Below, one piece after another: positions 27,199-36,934 of a stretch of 64,000 nt of DNA. Numbering within the stretch: the first letter of the stretch is position 1; each line of letters begins with the position of its first letter. Both the position numbers and the translations under genes were made by a program. This DNA is from Gammaproteobacteria bacterium (GTDB lineage: Bacteria > Pseudomonadota > Gammaproteobacteria > JAABTG01), in NCBI GenBank assembly GCA_017999615.1, contig JAGNLM010000003.1:166793-230792 (forward strand), written 5' to 3'. Below the pieces are notes generated by a model that worked only from the letters and a program-made list of their open reading frames with translations, had not been told where the DNA came from and searched no databases.

Positions 27199-27795
27199 AT
27201 GGCGGCAGCACCCTGGTGGGCGAGCGAAAACGCCTGGAAGAAGATCGCGATCTGGGTGACGGGGCTGAGCCTCGTCGTCCTGATCTTCCTCACCTTCGAC
27301 TCGATGCAGCAGATCGCGGCCGGCGGCAAGAGAGTGCCCGGCTATGACGTCATCAACCAGCGCATCGATTACCGCTTCGACGACGTGCGCAAGTACCAGG
27401 TGCCGGTCATCGGCGCGCAGGCCCCGCTCTTCGGCAAGAAGGTCTCGGCCGAGGAGGCCGAGGCGCTGGTGACCCACGGCAAGAAGACGTTCCAGGGCCG
27501 CAATTGCATCAACTGCCACACGATCCTCGGCAACGGCGCCTACTACGCGCCCGACCTGACCAAGGCGTGGCTCGACCCGGCCTGGGGCGTCGAGGCGGCG
27601 CGCGAGTCGTTGATGATCGAGTTCCTGAAGAACCCGGACCAGAACGCCCGCACCTTCGGCACCGGCCGCAAGATGGCCCACCTGAAGGTGACCGACGAGG
27701 AGGCGAAGGCGCTCGTGGCGTACCTGAAATGGGTCTCGTCCATCGACACCAACGGCTTCCCGTACAACTTCAAGACGATCCAGCAGGGGGGTTGA
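27199..27795 (+). CDS. norC: Nitric-oxide reductase cytochrome c subunit (NorC-like, extended)
   Basis: AGGAGGAG Shine-Dalgarno. N-terminal TM anchor, heme-c motif CINCH, then TILGNGAYYAPDL and YLKWVSSIDTNGFP as in NorC. About 45 extra residues precede the heme motif compared with classical NorC. Confidence 0.8.
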   Translation: MAAAPWWASENAWKKIAIWVTGLSLVVLIFLTFDSMQQIAAGGKRVPGYDVINQRIDYRFDDVRKYQVPVIGAQAPLFGKKVSAEEAEALVTHGKKTFQGRNCINCHTILGNGAYYAPDLTKAWLDPAWGVEAARESLMIEFLKNPDQNARTFGTGRKMAHLKVTDEEAKALVAYLKWVSSIDTNGFPYNFKTIQQGG

Positions 27796-27797
27796 AC

Positions 27798-29264
27798 ATG
27801 GCCGCGGCAGCAATCGGCGTGCTCGACACGAGCAGTCTGAACGGCGGGCAGAAGCTCGCCGTGAAGTACTACATGGTCGCCATCGTGCTGTTCGTGGCGC
27901 AGGTACTGTTCGGCATCCTGGCCGGACTCCAGTTCCTGTACCCGGACTTCCTCTATGGCGTGCTCGACTTCAACGTCAACCGCATGGTCCACATCAACGC
28001 GATGGTGGTGTGGATGCTGATGGGCTTCATCGGGTCGGTGTACTGGCTGCTCGAGGACGAGACGGGCAGCCCCGTGGTGGGCCTGAAGATCGGGGAGATC
28101 ATCTTCTACGTGCTGACCGGGGCGGTCGCCGTCGTCGTGCTGGTGTACCTGTTCGTGCAGATTGGCCCCGGCAACGACATGACCCGCTGGTTCATCAACG
28201 AGGGCCGCGAGTACATCGAGGCCCCGCGCTGGGCCGACATCGGCATCGTCGTCGCGGTGCTCACGTTCTTCTTCAACGTGGTCGCCACGGTGATGAAGGG
28301 GCGTGCGACGGGCATCACCGGCGTGCTGATCGCGGACCTGCTGGCGTTGTTCGGCCTGTACCTCGCGGGCATGTTCTACACCACCAACGTGTCGATCGAT
28401 CAGTACTGGTGGTGGTGGGTGATTCACCTCTGGGTGGAGGCCACCTGGGAGGTGCTGGTCGGCGTGATCATGGCCTGGGCGCTGATGACGGTGCTCGGCA
28501 CGCGCCGCGTGGTGGTGCAGACCTGGCTCTACATCGAGGTCGCCCTGATGTTCGGCTCGGGGATCCTCGGGCTCGGGCACCACTACTTCTGGATCGGGAC
28601 ACCCGACTACTGGTTCTGGATCGGCGGCTTCTTCTCCGCGCTCGAGCCGATCCCCCTGGTGGCGATGGTGGTGCACGCGGTGTACGACTCCGGTGCGCAC
28701 AAGATGCGCAACTCCAACCACCCGACGCTGGCGTGGGTCATCGCCCACGCCTTCGGCAACTTCTTCGGCGCCGGGGTCTGGGGCTTCATGCACACGCTGC
28801 CCCAGGTCAACCTCTACACCCACGGCACCCAGTGGACGACCTCCCACGGGCACCTGGCCTTCTTCGGCGCCTACGCCACCATCAACATCGCGATGTTCTA
28901 CGTGGCGGCCCAGAAGCTGCGGGGCAACGTCTGGATGGGGGCGGGCATCGCGGGGGCCTGGCGCTGGAAGTGGGCGCTCTTCCTGCTGAATGCCGGCATG
29001 CTCACGATGACGGTGGCGTTGCTTGCCTCCGGTTACGAGCAGTCGTTCATCGAGCGCGCGATCGAGGGCGCGACCTGGTCGGGCTACTTCGCTGGCCAGT
29101 CCCACCCGTGGTTCGTGCAAGGCATGCAGTGGCGCATGTGGGGTGGCTGGGTGATGCTGCTCGGCCTCGCGCTGCTGCTCTGGGACCTCTTCACCATCGG
29201 TGCCGGCGAGAAGCGCAAGGCGTACTCGCCGAGCGAGGACGAGGCCGCGAGGACCGTGGCCTGA
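27798..29264 (+). CDS. norB: Nitric-oxide reductase large subunit (heme-copper oxidase superfamily)
   Basis: 12-TM-type profile. VIHLWVEATWE, GLGHHYFWIG, SHGHLAFFGAY are the histidine/glutamate signatures of cNOR NorB. Confidence 0.9.
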   Translation: MAAAAIGVLDTSSLNGGQKLAVKYYMVAIVLFVAQVLFGILAGLQFLYPDFLYGVLDFNVNRMVHINAMVVWMLMGFIGSVYWLLEDETGSPVVGLKIGEIIFYVLTGAVAVVVLVYLFVQIGPGNDMTRWFINEGREYIEAPRWADIGIVVAVLTFFFNVVATVMKGRATGITGVLIADLLALFGLYLAGMFYTTNVSIDQYWWWWVIHLWVEATWEVLVGVIMAWALMTVLGTRRVVVQTWLYIEVALMFGSGILGLGHHYFWIGTPDYWFWIGGFFSALEPIPLVAMVVHAVYDSGAHKMRNSNHPTLAWVIAHAFGNFFGAGVWGFMHTLPQVNLYTHGTQWTTSHGHLAFFGAYATINIAMFYVAAQKLRGNVWMGAGIAGAWRWKWALFLLNAGMLTMTVALLASGYEQSFIERAIEGATWSGYFAGQSHPWFVQGMQWRMWGGWVMLLGLALLLWDLFTIGAGEKRKAYSPSEDEAARTVA

Positions 29265-29432
29265 CCCGAGACGGCCGGGGGGGCGCCTCGCGCCTCCCCG
29301 GGCCGGTTTCCCGGGCCGCCCCGGCGGCATCCAGGAAACCGGCAACCTTCAGGAATTTCCTCGGCCGGAAGCGCCAGGCCCTCCTGCCCTCTCACGGGAC
29401 GGACCGAGCGCTTCCGGGGCGAGGATCCCGCC

Positions 29433-30110
29433 TCAGATCTGCAGGCGCTGACGCAGCCCCGGGCGGTCGAGCAGGACGATCTCCTGGCCCCGCACCTCGA
29501 TCAGCCCCTCCTCGCGCAGGTTCGCCAGGATGCGCGACAGGGTCTCCGGTTTGATGGACAGCCGGCCTGCCAGCACGTGCTTGGGGAGGTCCAACTGCAC
29601 CGTCTCCTGGGCGCGGGTGTCCTGGAGCAGATAGCTCACGACGCGGAAGGTGGCGTTGTGCAGGCAGAGCCCCTCGACCTCGCTCACCAGCTCGTGCAGG
29701 TGCGCACTCATGTTGGCCATCAGGCGCGAGCAGGTGTCGAAGGAGTGGCCCAGCGTCTCCCGGAAGGTCCCGCTGTCGATGGCGACGACCCCGGCGTCCC
29801 CGATCGCCTCGGCGCACACCGGGTAGGCGTTGCCGCGCATGAACATCACTGCCTCGGCGAAGCTCCGCCCGGGGCCCACGATGTCCACCACCTTCTCCTG
29901 GCCGGCGGGGGAGAGCCGGTAGAGCTTGATCCGGCCGAAGCGCACGATGAAGAAGCGGCTGGCCTTCTCGCCCTGCCGGAAGAGGACGTCTCCCCGTTTG
30001 AGCGGCTGGACCTCGGCCGTGGCCGCGACCTGTGCCAGGTCCTCCGGGGAAAGGGCGGAGAGCAGGTAGTGCCTCCCGAGCTCGAACGCCGTGGCCTGGG
30101 GCCCCTTCAT
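29433..30110 (-). CDS. Crp/Fnr-family regulator (Dnr/NnrR type, no N-terminal Cys cluster)
   Basis: ATG 30110 with GGGGGGAG Shine-Dalgarno. cNMP-like beta-barrel plus C-terminal HTH LAGRLSIKPETLSRILANLREEGLI. Convergent with norB. Confidence 0.8.
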   Translation of the reverse strand: MKGPQATAFELGRHYLLSALSPEDLAQVAATAEVQPLKRGDVLFRQGEKASRFFIVRFGRIKLYRLSPAGQEKVVDIVGPGRSFAEAVMFMRGNAYPVCAEAIGDAGVVAIDSGTFRETLGHSFDTCSRLMANMSAHLHELVSEVEGLCLHNATFRVVSYLLQDTRAQETVQLDLPKHVLAGRLSIKPETLSRILANLREEGLIEVRGQEIVLLDRPGLRQRLQI

Positions 30111-30271
30111 GTCTCCCCCCACTCCCTCACCGCTCCGGCTCCGGGCGCCGGCTCGCGCAGAGTCTGGCATCCCGGGCCGCGGATCGCCACGCAGCCTGCC
30201 CCGGGCCATTGCGGCAGGCCAGGGGGTGGGCTTACCCTGCGCGCCGGTCCGGTAGTGCCCGGAGGCCCACC

Positions 30272-30775
30272 ATGATCCCGCTCACGCTCACCGACCTGCC
30301 GAGTCCCCGCGAGGTGCTCTCCTCCGCGGTGGAGCGTCTCGGGCGCGCCACTGCCCCCGTGCACGGCCTGTTCGCCGTGCCGACGCTGAACCGCCTGCTG
30401 GAGCAGCCCCTGCGGGAGGGACGCCTCGATTTCCTGGAGGGCCGCGTGGTGGCCCTGCGGGTGCGGGACCTCGGGGTGGACCTGCGGGTCAGCCTGGCCG
30501 GGGGGCGGCTGGTGGAGTGTGCCTGTGGCGGCGAGCCCGGGCTCGTCCTCACCGGTGACGCCTACGACTTCCTCCTCCTCGCCGCCCGGCGGGAGGACCC
30601 GGACACCCTGTTCTTCCAGCGGCGCCTGGCGATGACCGGCGACGCGGCCCTCGGGCTGCGGGTGAAGAACCTTCTCGACGAGCTCGAGGGCGGGGCCTTG
30701 CCCCCGGCCCTTCAGGCGCTGGTGGGGCGGGCCTTCGAGCTCTGGGAGCGCAGGCCGGGCTCGCCGCGCCAGTAG
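30272..30775 (+). CDS. ubiT: SCP2-domain ubiquinone biosynthesis accessory factor UbiT (YhbT-like)
   Basis: SCP2 pattern ...LTGDAYDFLLLAARREDPDTLFFQRRLAMTGDAALGLRVKNLLD. Adjacent to the ubiU/ubiV homologues. Confidence 0.7.
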   Translation: MIPLTLTDLPSPREVLSSAVERLGRATAPVHGLFAVPTLNRLLEQPLREGRLDFLEGRVVALRVRDLGVDLRVSLAGGRLVECACGGEPGLVLTGDAYDFLLLAARREDPDTLFFQRRLAMTGDAALGLRVKNLLDELEGGALPPALQALVGRAFELWERRPGSPRQ

Positions 30776-31620
30776 CCGTCGGCGAGACCGAGGGGGGCGA
30801 GGGGAAGGAGCCGGGCGACGCCGGCCTCGGGGGTCTCCTCCCCGGCCAGCACCGCGGCGAAGGCCGCGACCGCCGCCTCGGTGTGGCGATGGACCGGGGC
30901 GATCCGCAGCGACTCCACGCCGAGCCGCTCCAGCTCCGGCACCTGGCCGAGCAACTGGTAGATCTGCGCGGACTGCACCTGAACCCCGTTCAGGACGAGG
31001 AACGGGCTGTCGTCCTGGGTCCGCAGGGCGAGCCCGTCGGGGTGCTCCAGGCACTTCAGCTGGCAGTCGTCCTTGGGCAGCCCGTGGGCGCGGGCGGTGA
31101 AGCAGCGGGCGGACTGGGCGAGGGGGAGCCGTCCGAAGGCGAAGACCTCGGTCTCGACCCCCGCCGGGCGGCTCGCCTGGAAATCGGCGAGGGTCGCCCC
31201 GGAGAGCTCGAAGGGCATCACCCAGCGCCGCAGCCCGAGCCCGGCGAGGAACGCGAGCGTCTGCCCGTTGTAGACGTTCATCCCGGGGCCTGCGACGAAG
31301 GGCTGGCCCCGGAGGGCGTAGAGCGCCGCCGCATCGTTCGCCTCCACCAGGAACTCGCCGTTGGCGCAGATCCGCTCGATGGCGCGCCAGTCGGCGTCGG
31401 CCTCGAGGATGGTGGCGGTCGAGAGCACGACCTCCTTGCCCGCGGAGGCGAGCCGGCGGGCCAGCTCCAGCCACTCGGCGAAGCGCAGGTGCCGGCGCTT
31501 CGGGCAGACGACCTCGCCGAGGTAGACCGTGTGGACAGGCCAGCGGGCCGCCGCCTCGTAGAACTCGAGCAGCGCCTCGCTCGGCCAGTAGTAGGGGACG
31601 GGACCGAGGGCGAGTCTCAT
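30712..31620 (-). CDS. ubiV: U32-family protein UbiV (O2-independent ubiquinone hydroxylation)
   Basis: MRLALGPVPYYWPSEALLEFY...VYLGEVVCPKRR is colinear with E. coli YhbV. The ATG overlaps the ubiU stop (ATGA). Confidence 0.8.
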   Translation of the reverse strand: MRLALGPVPYYWPSEALLEFYEAAARWPVHTVYLGEVVCPKRRHLRFAEWLELARRLASAGKEVVLSTATILEADADWRAIERICANGEFLVEANDAAALYALRGQPFVAGPGMNVYNGQTLAFLAGLGLRRWVMPFELSGATLADFQASRPAGVETEVFAFGRLPLAQSARCFTARAHGLPKDDCQLKCLEHPDGLALRTQDDSPFLVLNGVQVQSAQIYQLLGQVPELERLGVESLRIAPVHRHTEAAVAAFAAVLAGEETPEAGVARLLPLAPLGLADGYWRGEPGLRSQSSKARPTSA

Positions 31621-32612
31621 CGCCATTGCCGGTCGTAGGCCCCGAGGGTGGTCTGGGTCCCCTCCGAGAGGGCGCGCAGCGCCGTCACCCAATCGGGCCG
31701 GGGACGGTAGGTCTGCGGCGAGCGCTTGCAGGCGTCCATCGCCTCGCGCCACACCCGGGTGACCCGGGCGACGTAGGCGGGGCTGCGCTGGCGACCCTCG
31801 ATCTTGATCGCCGTGACCCCGATCTCCTGCAGGCGCGGCAGCAGGTCGAGGGTGTTCAGGCTGGTGGGCTCCTCGAGCGCGTAGTAGGGCGCCCCCCCGG
31901 AGTGGTAGCGGCCCTTGCAGATCACCGGGTAGCCGGCGTGCTCGCCGGCGCCGTAGCGGTCCACCAGCACGCCGCCGAGGCGCACCTCGAGGCCCGCGGG
32001 AGACTCGTCCCAGCGCACGAATTCCGCCGGCGAGCAGGCCCCGCAGGTGTTCGGGGACTGTCCGGTGCTGTACGACGACAGCATGCAGCGGCCCTCCGCC
32101 ATGATGCAGAGGCTGCCGAAGCCGAAGACCTCGACCTGGGTGGGGCTCTTCTCCGCCACGGTCTGTACCTGCTCCACCGAGAGCACCCGGGGCAGCACCG
32201 CGCGGCGCACGCCGAAGTGCTCGTGGTAGAAGGCGAGCGCCGCGTGGCTGGTCGCCGAGGCCTGCACCGAGAGGTGCAGGGTCAGGTCGGGCCAGCGGCG
32301 CGACGCGTAGGCGAGGAGCCCCATGTCGGCGAGGATGAGGGCGTCGACGCCGAGCTCGGCCCCGCGGTCCACCGCCCCCTGCCAGCGCGCCCAGCCCGCG
32401 GGCTGGGGATAGGTGTTGATGGCGAGGAACACCCGCACCCCCCGCGAGTGGGCGTAGCGGATCCCCTCGTGGGCGTTGTCGGGGGTGAAGTTCAGGCCGG
32501 GGAAGTGGCGGGCGTTGGTGTCGTCCCGGAAGCCGAAGTAGACGGCGTCGGCGCCGTTGTCCACGGCGGCCTTCAGCGACGGGAGGTTGCCCGCGGGGCA
32601 GACGAGCTCCAT
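31617..32612 (-). CDS. ubiU: U32-family protein UbiU
   Basis: MELVCPAGNLPSLKAAVDNGADAVYFG, Cys cluster CIMAEGRCMLS...NTCGAC, and IKIEGRQRSPAY. Confidence 0.85.
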   Translation of the reverse strand: MELVCPAGNLPSLKAAVDNGADAVYFGFRDDTNARHFPGLNFTPDNAHEGIRYAHSRGVRVFLAINTYPQPAGWARWQGAVDRGAELGVDALILADMGLLAYASRRWPDLTLHLSVQASATSHAALAFYHEHFGVRRAVLPRVLSVEQVQTVAEKSPTQVEVFGFGSLCIMAEGRCMLSSYSTGQSPNTCGACSPAEFVRWDESPAGLEVRLGGVLVDRYGAGEHAGYPVICKGRYHSGGAPYYALEEPTSLNTLDLLPRLQEIGVTAIKIEGRQRSPAYVARVTRVWREAMDACKRSPQTYRPRPDWVTALRALSEGTQTTLGAYDRQWR

Positions 32613-32626
32613 CGGCCGGTCCGCCC

Positions 32627-34039
32627 TCACAGCACCGCGGAGGCGTGGTCGGCGAGGCGCGAGCGCTCGCCCCGCAGCAGTGTCACGTGCCCGCTGTGGG
32701 CCCAGTCCTTGAAGCGGTCCACGACGTAGGTGAGCCCCGAGGTGGTCTCGGTGAGGTAGGGGGTGTCGATCTGACCCACGTTGCCGAGGCACACGAGCTT
32801 GGTCCCGGGGCCGGCCCGCGTCACCAGGGTCTTCATCTGCTTGGAGGTCAGGTTCTGGGCCTCGTCGAGGATGAAGTAGCGGTTCAGGAAGGTCCGCCCG
32901 CGCATGAAGTTGAGGGAGCGGACCTTGACCCGCTGGGAGAGCAGGTCGGAGGTCGCCGCGCGGCCCCACTCGCCCCCCGCGGAGGTCTCGGTCAGGACCT
33001 CCAGGTTGTCCATGAGGGCCCCCATCCAGGGCGTCATCTTCTCCTCTTCGGTCCCCGGCAGGAACCCGATGTCCTCGCCGACGGGCACGGTCACGCGGGT
33101 CATGATGACCTCGCGGTAGCGCTTGTGGTCGAGGGTCTGGGAGAGCCCTGCGGCGAGGGCGAGAAGGGTCTTGCCGGTGCCCGCCGTCCCGAGCAGGGTG
33201 ACGAAGTCGACCTCCGGGTCCATCAGCAGGTTGAGCGCGAAGCTCTGCTCGCGGTTGCGCGCCGTGATGCCCCACACCGCGTGGTGCGGGGACCGGTAGT
33301 CGGTCGCGAGCTCCAGGGTCGCGCCCTCGCCCTCGCGGCTGCGCACGAGCGCCTCAAAGTCCCGCGGCGAGCCCTGGTAGACGAACTGGTTCGGGTACCA
33401 GTCGCGGGTGATCGGGCCGGTGATCCGGTAGAAGGTGCGGATGCCCTCCTTCCAGGAGTCGACCGGCTTCGTGAACAGGTCCCAGAAATCGCCCGGCAGC
33501 TCCGCCGTGCCCCGGTAGAGCAGGTTGACGTCGTCGAGCACCTTGTCGCTGTAGTAGTCCTCGGCGGGGATGCCGAGCACGTGCGCCTTGATCCGCAGGT
33601 TGATGTCCTTGGACACCAGGATGACGGCGGCGTCCTGGCGCTCGGCCTGCAGGGCCCGCGCGGTGGCCAGGATGGAATTGTCGAGGCGGCTGCCCGGCAG
33701 GCTCTCGGGCAGGCCGTCCGGGTAGGTGCGGGTCTGGAAGAACAGGCGGCCGCGGGCGGGGGACGCGGCGCCCGCGTTCTCCGGCGCGGGCAGCTCGATG
33801 CCGTGCTCGATCCCGTGCCGGTCGGCGCCGTCCACGAGCTCGTCGAGGAAGCGGCTCGCCTGGCGGACGTTGCGCGCGACCTCCGAGACGCCCTTCTTGG
33901 CCCCGTCGAGCTCTTCGAGCACGACCATGGGCAGGTAGACGTCGTGCTCCTGGAAGCGAAAGATGGCCGCCGGGTCGTGCATCAGGACGTTCGTGTCGAG
34001 CACGAACACGCGCCGGCCCGAGGCGTGCTTGCGCCCCAT
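32627..34039 (-). CDS. PhoH2-type protein (N-terminal PIN domain fused to PhoH ATPase)
   Basis: [13 protein letters not shown]...VVLEELD (PIN). GTAGTGKT Walker A, ILDEAQN Walker B (PhoH). Confidence 0.85.
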   Translation of the reverse strand: MGRKHASGRRVFVLDTNVLMHDPAAIFRFQEHDVYLPMVVLEELDGAKKGVSEVARNVRQASRFLDELVDGADRHGIEHGIELPAPENAGAASPARGRLFFQTRTYPDGLPESLPGSRLDNSILATARALQAERQDAAVILVSKDINLRIKAHVLGIPAEDYYSDKVLDDVNLLYRGTAELPGDFWDLFTKPVDSWKEGIRTFYRITGPITRDWYPNQFVYQGSPRDFEALVRSREGEGATLELATDYRSPHHAVWGITARNREQSFALNLLMDPEVDFVTLLGTAGTGKTLLALAAGLSQTLDHKRYREVIMTRVTVPVGEDIGFLPGTEEEKMTPWMGALMDNLEVLTETSAGGEWGRAATSDLLSQRVKVRSLNFMRGRTFLNRYFILDEAQNLTSKQMKTLVTRAGPGTKLVCLGNVGQIDTPYLTETTSGLTYVVDRFKDWAHSGHVTLLRGERSRLADHASAVL

Positions 34040-34043
34040 CGCG

Positions 34044-34598
34044 CTACTTCACCGGCGCGAGCATCGCGTCGAGGTTGAGCGCGTCGCAGAAGTCCATGAA
34101 CTCCCCGCGCAGGGCCGCGATGGAGTGGTCGCCGGGGACGGCGACCGTCATGTGCAGGGAGAACATCGGGGCCCCGGTGTGGGGCGCCTGGTAGACCGTG
34201 GTGTAGAGCTCTTCGACGTTGATGCTGCGCTCGGAGAAAAAGTTGGCGATGTCGTGGACGATCCCGGGGTGGTCCATCGCCACGACCTCGACCGCGTAGG
34301 GGACGACGTTGCCCACCCCCGTGCGGGATTCGGTGCGCCGGCTCGTGAGGGTGAGGCCGAGCTTCTCCTGGAGCTTGGGGAGCAGGTCCTCGATCTTCGC
34401 GATCGCGTTCCAGGTGCCCGAGAGCAGCATGATCAGGGCGAACTCGTTGCCGAGCACGGTCATGCGGCTGTCGGAGATGTTGCAGCCGGCGTCGAGCACC
34501 GACTGGGACAGCGCCTTGACCAGGCCCGGGTGGTCGTGTCCGAGCGCAGCCACCACGAGGTGGTTCTCGTTGGGTTTTCCGCGGCGGGTGATGGTCAT
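34044..34598 (-). CDS. gcvR: Glycine cleavage system regulator GcvR-like (tandem ACT domains)
   Basis: ATG 34598. Two ACT-like repeats ([17 protein letters not shown].., [19 protein letters not shown]). Divergent from dapA, as in enterics. Confidence 0.7.
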   Translation of the reverse strand: MTITRRGKPNENHLVVAALGHDHPGLVKALSQSVLDAGCNISDSRMTVLGNEFALIMLLSGTWNAIAKIEDLLPKLQEKLGLTLTSRRTESRTGVGNVVPYAVEVVAMDHPGIVHDIANFFSERSINVEELYTTVYQAPHTGAPMFSLHMTVAVPGDHSIAALRGEFMDFCDALNLDAMLAPVK

Positions 34599-34781
34599 CG
34601 GCTGGGGAATTCCGTCGGGCCGGTAATTGCCGGCGCACCAGGTTCGAGGGCGGTGATCGAAGGTGTGGAAGAGGGCGCTGAGAGTATACCGAAACCCCCC
34701 GGGCGACCAAGGGGAGAGCGCCGCGACCCGGGGTCTTCGGGGCGGATTTCTCCTTGTCTTGCCCCGAGCGGACCAAGTAGC

Positions 34782-35687
34782 ATGATTGCCATGGCAACGC
34801 GAACTCCGGCCCCCTTCCGGGGCAGTATCGTGGCCCTCGTCACGCCGATGCGTGCCGACGGGGCAATCGATGACGAGAGCCTGGCGCGGCTCGTCGAGTT
34901 CCACGTGGAGAACGGCACCGACGGCATCGTGGTCGTCGGCACGACCGGCGAGTCCGCGACGCTCGACACCCCGGAGCACTGCGGGCTCATCCGCCGGGTG
35001 GTCGAGCTGGCGGCGGGCCGGGTCCCCGTGATCGCGGGCACCGGCGCGAACTCCACGACGGAGGCCATCGAGCTCACCCAGTGCGGCAAGGAGGCGGGGG
35101 CGGACGCCTGCCTGCTGGTGACCCCCTACTACAACAAGCCGACCCAGGAAGGGCTGTACCGGCACTTCCGGACCGTCGCCGAGGCCGTCGACATCCCCCA
35201 GATCCTCTACAACGTCCCGGGGCGCACCGCCTGCGACATGCTGCCGGTCACGGTCGCCCGGCTGGCGAGCGTGCCGGGCATCGTGGGGATCAAGGAGGCG
35301 ACCGGCAAGGTGGAGCGGGTCACGGAGATCCTCGACCGTACCGGCGGCGCGATCTCGGTCTACAGCGGCGACGACGGCACGGCGCGCGAGGCGATCCTCG
35401 CCGGCGCCCGGGGCGACATCTCGGTGACGGCCAACGTGGCGCCGCGGCTGATGCACGAGATGTGCATGCTCGCCCTCGCGGGGGACCGCGAGGGGGCGCT
35501 CGAAGTGGACGAGCGGCTGATGCCGCTGCACAAGGCGCTGTTCGTGGAATCCAACCCGATCCCGGTCAAGTGGGCCCTGTACGAGATGGGCCTCATCCCC
35601 GAAGGGATTCGCCTCCCCCTCACCCCGCTCTCGGAGGGGCTCCGCCCCGTCATCCGCGAAGCCCTCACGAAGGCGGGCCTGCTGTGA
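34782..35687 (+). CDS. dapA: 4-hydroxy-tetrahydrodipicolinate synthase
   Basis: [38 protein letters not shown]. Confidence 0.95.
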   Translation: MIAMATRTPAPFRGSIVALVTPMRADGAIDDESLARLVEFHVENGTDGIVVVGTTGESATLDTPEHCGLIRRVVELAAGRVPVIAGTGANSTTEAIELTQCGKEAGADACLLVTPYYNKPTQEGLYRHFRTVAEAVDIPQILYNVPGRTACDMLPVTVARLASVPGIVGIKEATGKVERVTEILDRTGGAISVYSGDDGTAREAILAGARGDISVTANVAPRLMHEMCMLALAGDREGALEVDERLMPLHKALFVESNPIPVKWALYEMGLIPEGIRLPLTPLSEGLRPVIREALTKAGLL

Positions 35688-35698
35688 GTGCACGAATC

Positions 35699-36844
35699 AT
35701 GACGCGAAGCGCCGTCTTTCCCCGTCTCTCCATCGCGCTGGCCGCGCTGGCCCTCGCCACGCTGCCCGGGTGCGGCACCCAGGGAGGCGCCGGCGACATC
35801 GTCAAGGACCGGCAGCTCGAGTACAAGTCCGCGCAGAGCATGCCGCCCCTCGAGATCCCGCCGGACCTCAGCCGCTCGAGCATCGACGACCGGCTGGCGG
35901 TGCCGGACGCGGCCCCGCCCGGGGGTACGGCGCGCTACTCGGAGTACGCCGGCGAGCGCAGCGGCGCCGAGCGCATCGCGAAGGCGGGCGTCCTGCCCGA
36001 CGTACCCGGGTTCCGGGTCATGCGCGACGGGGACAAGCGCTGGCTGGTGGCCGACGGCGAGCCGACCCGGTACTGGGAGCGGGTGCGGGCCTTCTGGCTC
36101 GAGAACGGCTTCACCCTGAAGATCGACAACCCGACGGCCGCCGTGATGGAGACGGACTGGGCGGAGAACCGCGCCAACATTGCCGACAGCTGGCTGCGCA
36201 AGCTCCTCGGCAAGGTGGGCGACTGGGCCCACTCCACTGCGACCCGCGACCTCTTCCGCACGCGCCTCGAGCGCGGCACGGGCGGCACCACGGAGATCTA
36301 CGTCAGCCACCGGGGGGTGGAGGAGGTCGTGCGCAGCGGCGTCTCCGAGACCACCGTGTGGCAGCCCCGTCCTTCGGACCCGGAGCTCGAGGCCGAGATC
36401 CTGAGCCGGATGATGGTGTTCCTCGGGGTGAAGAAGGACCAGGCCGAGAAGGCCGTCGCCGCGAGCCAGACCCGCCCGTCCCAGGCCCGACTGGAGCGCG
36501 ACGCGGGCGGCCCGCTGCTCGTGGTCGACAACTCCTTCGAGCAGGCCTGGCGGCGCACGGGCCTTGCCCTCGACCGCATCGGCTTCACCGTCGAGGACCG
36601 GGACCGCTCCCGCGGCCTGTACTACGTGCGCTACATGGACCCGGCGGAGGGCACGAAGAAGGAGCCCGGCTTCTTCTCCAAGCTCTTCGGTGCCGACGCG
36701 AAGGACGCGAAGGTCCAGTACGTCGTCTCCCTGAAGGGCGAGGGCTCGGCCACCCGTGTCGTCGTCGCCGACCCGAGCGGCGCCCGGGACGGCTCGAAGG
36801 CCGCAGAGAAGATCCTCACCCTGCTCCAGGACCAGTTGAAATAG
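35699..36844 (+). CDS. bamC: Outer-membrane protein assembly factor BamC (lipoprotein)
   Basis: Lipobox ALATLPG|C. Conserved dapA-bamC order. ETDWAENRA and the C-terminal helix-grip-like repeats. GTG 35684 is an alternative start. Confidence 0.8.
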   Translation: MTRSAVFPRLSIALAALALATLPGCGTQGGAGDIVKDRQLEYKSAQSMPPLEIPPDLSRSSIDDRLAVPDAAPPGGTARYSEYAGERSGAERIAKAGVLPDVPGFRVMRDGDKRWLVADGEPTRYWERVRAFWLENGFTLKIDNPTAAVMETDWAENRANIADSWLRKLLGKVGDWAHSTATRDLFRTRLERGTGGTTEIYVSHRGVEEVVRSGVSETTVWQPRPSDPELEAEILSRMMVFLGVKKDQAEKAVAASQTRPSQARLERDAGGPLLVVDNSFEQAWRRTGLALDRIGFTVEDRDRSRGLYYVRYMDPAEGTKKEPGFFSKLFGADAKDAKVQYVVSLKGEGSATRVVVADPSGARDGSKAAEKILTLLQDQLK

Positions 36845-36865
36845 CCCAGGACCAGTTGAAATAGC
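36826..36865 (+). repeat. Perfect 20-nt tandem duplication spanning the bamC stop codon
   Basis: CCAGGACCAGTTGAAATAGC occurs twice in a row (36826-36845, 36846-36865). Confidence 0.95.
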
Positions 36866-36884
36866 CGGAAGGGAGCGCTGACGT

Positions 36885-36909
36885 CACCCGGGGGGCGTCC
36901 CCCGGGGTG
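36885..36909. terminator. GC-rich hairpin between convergent bamC and der
   Basis: CACCCGGGGGG-cgt-CCCCCGGGGTG (one mismatch). No clear U-tract. Confidence 0.3.
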
Positions 36910-36934
36910 CCCCCGCGCGGGGCCTCGCAGGGGA

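Noticed and set aside
29265-29432. GC-rich palindromic stretches after norB (CCCGGG...CCCGGG, GGCCGGGG...CCCCGGGCC), considered as a terminator.
   Set aside because: The stems are short or imperfect and there is no U-tract. They cannot be distinguished from the background of GC-rich self-complementarity.
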